Origin: Clostridia bacterium
GTDB taxonomy: Bacteria > Bacillota > Clostridia > Oscillospirales > CAG-272
Length of the DNA: 64,000 nt
Assembly: GCA_017451485.1 (NCBI GenBank)
Contig: JAFTOG010000023.1
Location: 55,313-119,312 of the forward strand
Reading direction: 5' to 3'
The notes under the pieces are model-generated. The model saw only the letters and a list, made by a program, of their open reading frames with translations. It searched no databases and had not been told where the DNA came from. Positions 61,454-64,000 of the stretch are shown piece after piece. How positions within the stretch are numbered: the first letter of the stretch is position 1; the number at the start of each line of letters is the position of its first letter. Both the position numbers and the translations under genes were made by a program.

Positions 61454-63688
61454 ATGGAACAGCTTGGATTAAATGTCGACGGAATTATTGTTGTTCGTGG
61501 AACTGTTGAGAATATTGTATATCACAGTGACGACACGGGATACGGCGTTTTTGATATAGAGGATGAAAACGGAGAGCTTGTAACCGTAGTAGGTACTGTC
61601 CCCTTTATTTCTGTTGGAGAACAGGTTGAGCTGTACGGTAAATGGACACACCATAAGGTATACGGCAGACAGTTTAAGGCGGAAAGGTTTGAAAAAATAC
61701 TGCCAACCGATAAGAACGATATTTTAAGGTATTTATCATCAGGTGCTATTAAAGGAATTGGACCAAAAACTGCTAAAAAAATAGTTGATAAGTACGGCGA
61801 AGAGACTTTTGATGTGATATCAAATCACCCAACATGGCTTGCAGATATTAACGGAATTTCCTTGAAAAAAGCAACAGAAATGAGTAATGATTTTAAGGAA
61901 AAGTCGGGTATACGGGAGATTATAATGTACTTTAAAGACAGTTTTTCTCCCAATACAGCTATGAAAATATATAAAAGATGGGGAAGAAACGCCCTTGGGA
62001 TATTAAAAGAAAATCCGTACTGCCTTTGTACAGATATTGAAGGCATTGGCTTTAAGCGTGCCGATGAAATAGCTATGGAGGCAGGCATAAGCAAGGATAA
62101 TGAGAACCGTATTAAGAGTGGTATATTATATGTACTTGGCGTATTTGCTGCTCGAGACGGGCATACCTTTGTATGTAAAGACGATCTTATAGATGCCACA
62201 TCAAAGCTTATAGATGTAGTGGTAGATCTTGTAGCTCCACAAATTATTGCTCTTGCAATAGAGAAAAAAATAAAGATAGTTGAGCATTTCAGCAAGACTC
62301 ATGTTTATCTTATTGAGAATTACTTAAATGAGGAATATATTGCCAGAAAGTTAATTGTGCTTAATAGAACTGTAAGCTCACTTGATAGCTCAAATGCGAG
62401 AACATTGATAGGAAGAATCGAAGCCGAGGATGGCATAACCTATGCCAAAATGCAGAAAATAGCCATTGAAGAAAGCTTGAAAAACGGAGTTACCGTGTTG
62501 ACCGGTGGTCCCGGCACAGGTAAAACCACTATTATCAAGGCAGTTTTGCAAATATTTAACATGCTCCAGTATAAATGTGCCTTATGTGCACCTACGGGAA
62601 GAGCTGCCAAAAAAATGAGTGAAGCTACATCTACAGAGGCTAAAACTATCCATAGGCTTCTTGAAGTGGATATGGGTAATGAATATTCTAAAGGTCCCAC
62701 ATTTATGAAAAATGAAAACAATCACCTTGATCAAGATGTTGTGATTGTTGATGAAACATCTATGATAGATGTTTCCCTTATGTCCGCATTGCTCAAGGCC
62801 ATGAAGCCGGGATCAAGAATAATTCTTATAGGAGATATATATCAGCTCCCGTCAGTTGGTGAGGGCAATGTACTCAACGATATTATAAATTCAGGTTATT
62901 TTAGTGTTATTACTCTTAATGAAATATTCAGACAGGCAGAAAACAGTGGTATTGTAGTAAACGCACACAAAATAAATCAAGGTGCAGTTCCTGATTTTAA
63001 GGCAAGATACGATGATTTCTTTTATGTTTCTATTACAGACGAGACGGTAATACCCGAATATATTGCAAATATGTGTAAAACAAGACTTCCTGCCAAATAC
63101 GGTACAAATATAGTGGATGGAATACAGGTTATATCACCCACTAAAAAAGGATTTTGTGGCACTCAAAATCTAAACGCAGTATTGCAGTTAAGCTTAAATC
63201 CGGCATCTGATTCCCGTGAACAGTATATCACCAGGACACAAAGGATATATAGAGTTGGTGATAAGGTTATGCAAACTCGCAATAATTATGATGTTGAGTG
63301 GAAACGGGGCTCTGAGGTCGGCAGAGGTATTTTTAACGGAGATATAGGTGTTATAGAAGAAATTAATAACGAGGAAAAGCTAATAATTGTAAACTATGAC
63401 GGCAAATTAGCCTCTTATGATTTTTCTCTTCTTGATGAGATCGAGCACGCATATGCAATAACTGTACATAAGAGCCAGGGTAGTGAATACCCTATAGTTA
63501 TAATACCTATAACAAAATGTGCTCCGATCCTCCAAACACGAAATCTGATTTATACTGCTATAACAAGGGCTGAAAAGATTGTTCTGCTAATTGGTGAAAA
63601 AGACATTCTTGAAACTATGGTGGGCAATAATACTCAGATATTCCGCAACACAGGATTAATTCATTTTTTGAAGAGTAACAGTATATGA
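61454..63688 (+). CDS. recD2: RecD2-type SF1B ATP-dependent DNA helicase
   Basis: N-terminal OB/HhH region, Walker A LTGGPGTGKTT, Walker B VIVDETSMID, and the C-terminal AITVHKSQGSE motif. 744 aa. Confidence 0.9.
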   Translation: MEQLGLNVDGIIVVRGTVENIVYHSDDTGYGVFDIEDENGELVTVVGTVPFISVGEQVELYGKWTHHKVYGRQFKAERFEKILPTDKNDILRYLSSGAIKGIGPKTAKKIVDKYGEETFDVISNHPTWLADINGISLKKATEMSNDFKEKSGIREIIMYFKDSFSPNTAMKIYKRWGRNALGILKENPYCLCTDIEGIGFKRADEIAMEAGISKDNENRIKSGILYVLGVFAARDGHTFVCKDDLIDATSKLIDVVVDLVAPQIIALAIEKKIKIVEHFSKTHVYLIENYLNEEYIARKLIVLNRTVSSLDSSNARTLIGRIEAEDGITYAKMQKIAIEESLKNGVTVLTGGPGTGKTTIIKAVLQIFNMLQYKCALCAPTGRAAKKMSEATSTEAKTIHRLLEVDMGNEYSKGPTFMKNENNHLDQDVVIVDETSMIDVSLMSALLKAMKPGSRIILIGDIYQLPSVGEGNVLNDIINSGYFSVITLNEIFRQAENSGIVVNAHKINQGAVPDFKARYDDFFYVSITDETVIPEYIANMCKTRLPAKYGTNIVDGIQVISPTKKGFCGTQNLNAVLQLSLNPASDSREQYITRTQRIYRVGDKVMQTRNNYDVEWKRGSEVGRGIFNGDIGVIEEINNEEKLIIVNYDGKLASYDFSLLDEIEHAYAITVHKSQGSEYPIVIIPITKCAPILQTRNLIYTAITRAEKIVLLIGEKDILETMVGNNTQIFRNTGLIHFLKSNSI

Positions 63689-64000
63689 GATTTCTTGAAT
63701 ATTTGAAACGGGCTTTTATAGTCCGACAGTGCGTTATATGTGATAATCCCATAAGCTATGAAAAGAAAATAGCAATATGTGACGATTGTATGAAATATTG
63801 GATAAGCAATCTGGATGTGTTATGTGACAAGTGTGGATATGAGAGTGAATATTGTACATGTGTCAACAAAAGATTACTCAAGAGTGTTGATTTTACAGTT
63901 TTTTGTGTGTTTTACAAAAAGAATTCAAATAATCCGGTTAAAAACATTATATTCAGGCTGAAACAAGAATATAGAAGCCAGGTGTTTAATTTTTGTGCTG
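63685..64000 (+). CDS. comFC: ComF family protein (ComFC-like), N-terminal part; 3' end beyond the window
   Basis: The ATG overlaps the recD2 stop (ATGA). Own translation: MRFLEYLKRAFIVRQCVICDNPISYEKKIAICDDCMKYW...LCDKCGYESEYCTC. This is the N-terminal 4-Cys zinc finger typical of ComFC. The frame is open to the window end. Confidence 0.7.
   Translation, partial: MRFLEYLKRAFIVRQCVICDNPISYEKKIAICDDCMKYWISNLDVLCDKCGYESEYCTCVNKRLLKSVDFTVFCVFYKKNSNNPVKNIIFRLKQEYRSQVFNFCA

Noticed and set aside
1-64000. Mobile elements, prophage, CRISPR arrays or canonical defence systems (RM, TA, Cas, Abi and similar)
   Set aside because: No transposase, integrase, recombinase or phage structural motifs were seen. 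No inverted-repeat-flanked insert was seen. No regularly spaced direct repeats were seen in any intergenic region; all gaps over 120 nt are accounted for by promoters, leaders, riboswitches or terminators.

Overview
This is a low-GC chromosomal segment from an endospore-forming Firmicute, Clostridia-like; the genus cannot be assigned from sequence alone. It holds about 54 tightly packed protein genes and one tRNA-Leu(CAG). There are two riboswitches: ZTP in front of an 8-gene purine operon (purE-F-M-N-O-H'-D-L) and SAM-I in front of metK. Many near-consensus sigma-A promoters (often extended -10) and rho-independent terminators are visible. Core content includes rqcH (5' truncated by the window edge), mecA-like, gpr, rlmB, RNase J, spmAB, abrB, serC-serA-DUF1015, ppa, the spoIIAA-spoIIAB-sigF operon, metK, recD2 and comFC (3' partial). 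It also includes glycoside hydrolases (GH95, GH3, GH20-like) and several ABC transporters. I saw no CRISPR array, transposase, integrase or phage genes, so this looks like core chromosome rather than a mobile or defence island. The items most worth follow-up are: (1) a translationally coupled operon of rlmB, a catalytically degenerate P1B-ATPase look-alike membrane protein, a TIGR03960-type radical SAM enzyme and its TIGR03936/DUF2344 partner; (2) a PurF whose glutaminase domain lacks the N-terminal Cys nucleophile and the Asn of the oxyanion hole while the PRTase half and Fe-S cysteines are intact; (3) two tandem MacB-like fused ATPase-permease ABC proteins behind a long leader; (4) an ECF-like sigma factor fused to a ~400 aa soluble C-terminal domain, divergent from a heterodimeric ABC exporter; (5) DUF1015 embedded in the serine operon; (6) RNase J with a lysine-rich N-terminal extension and a highly structured leader. 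All calls come from by-eye motif recognition and manual alignment from memory. No database search or computation was possible.
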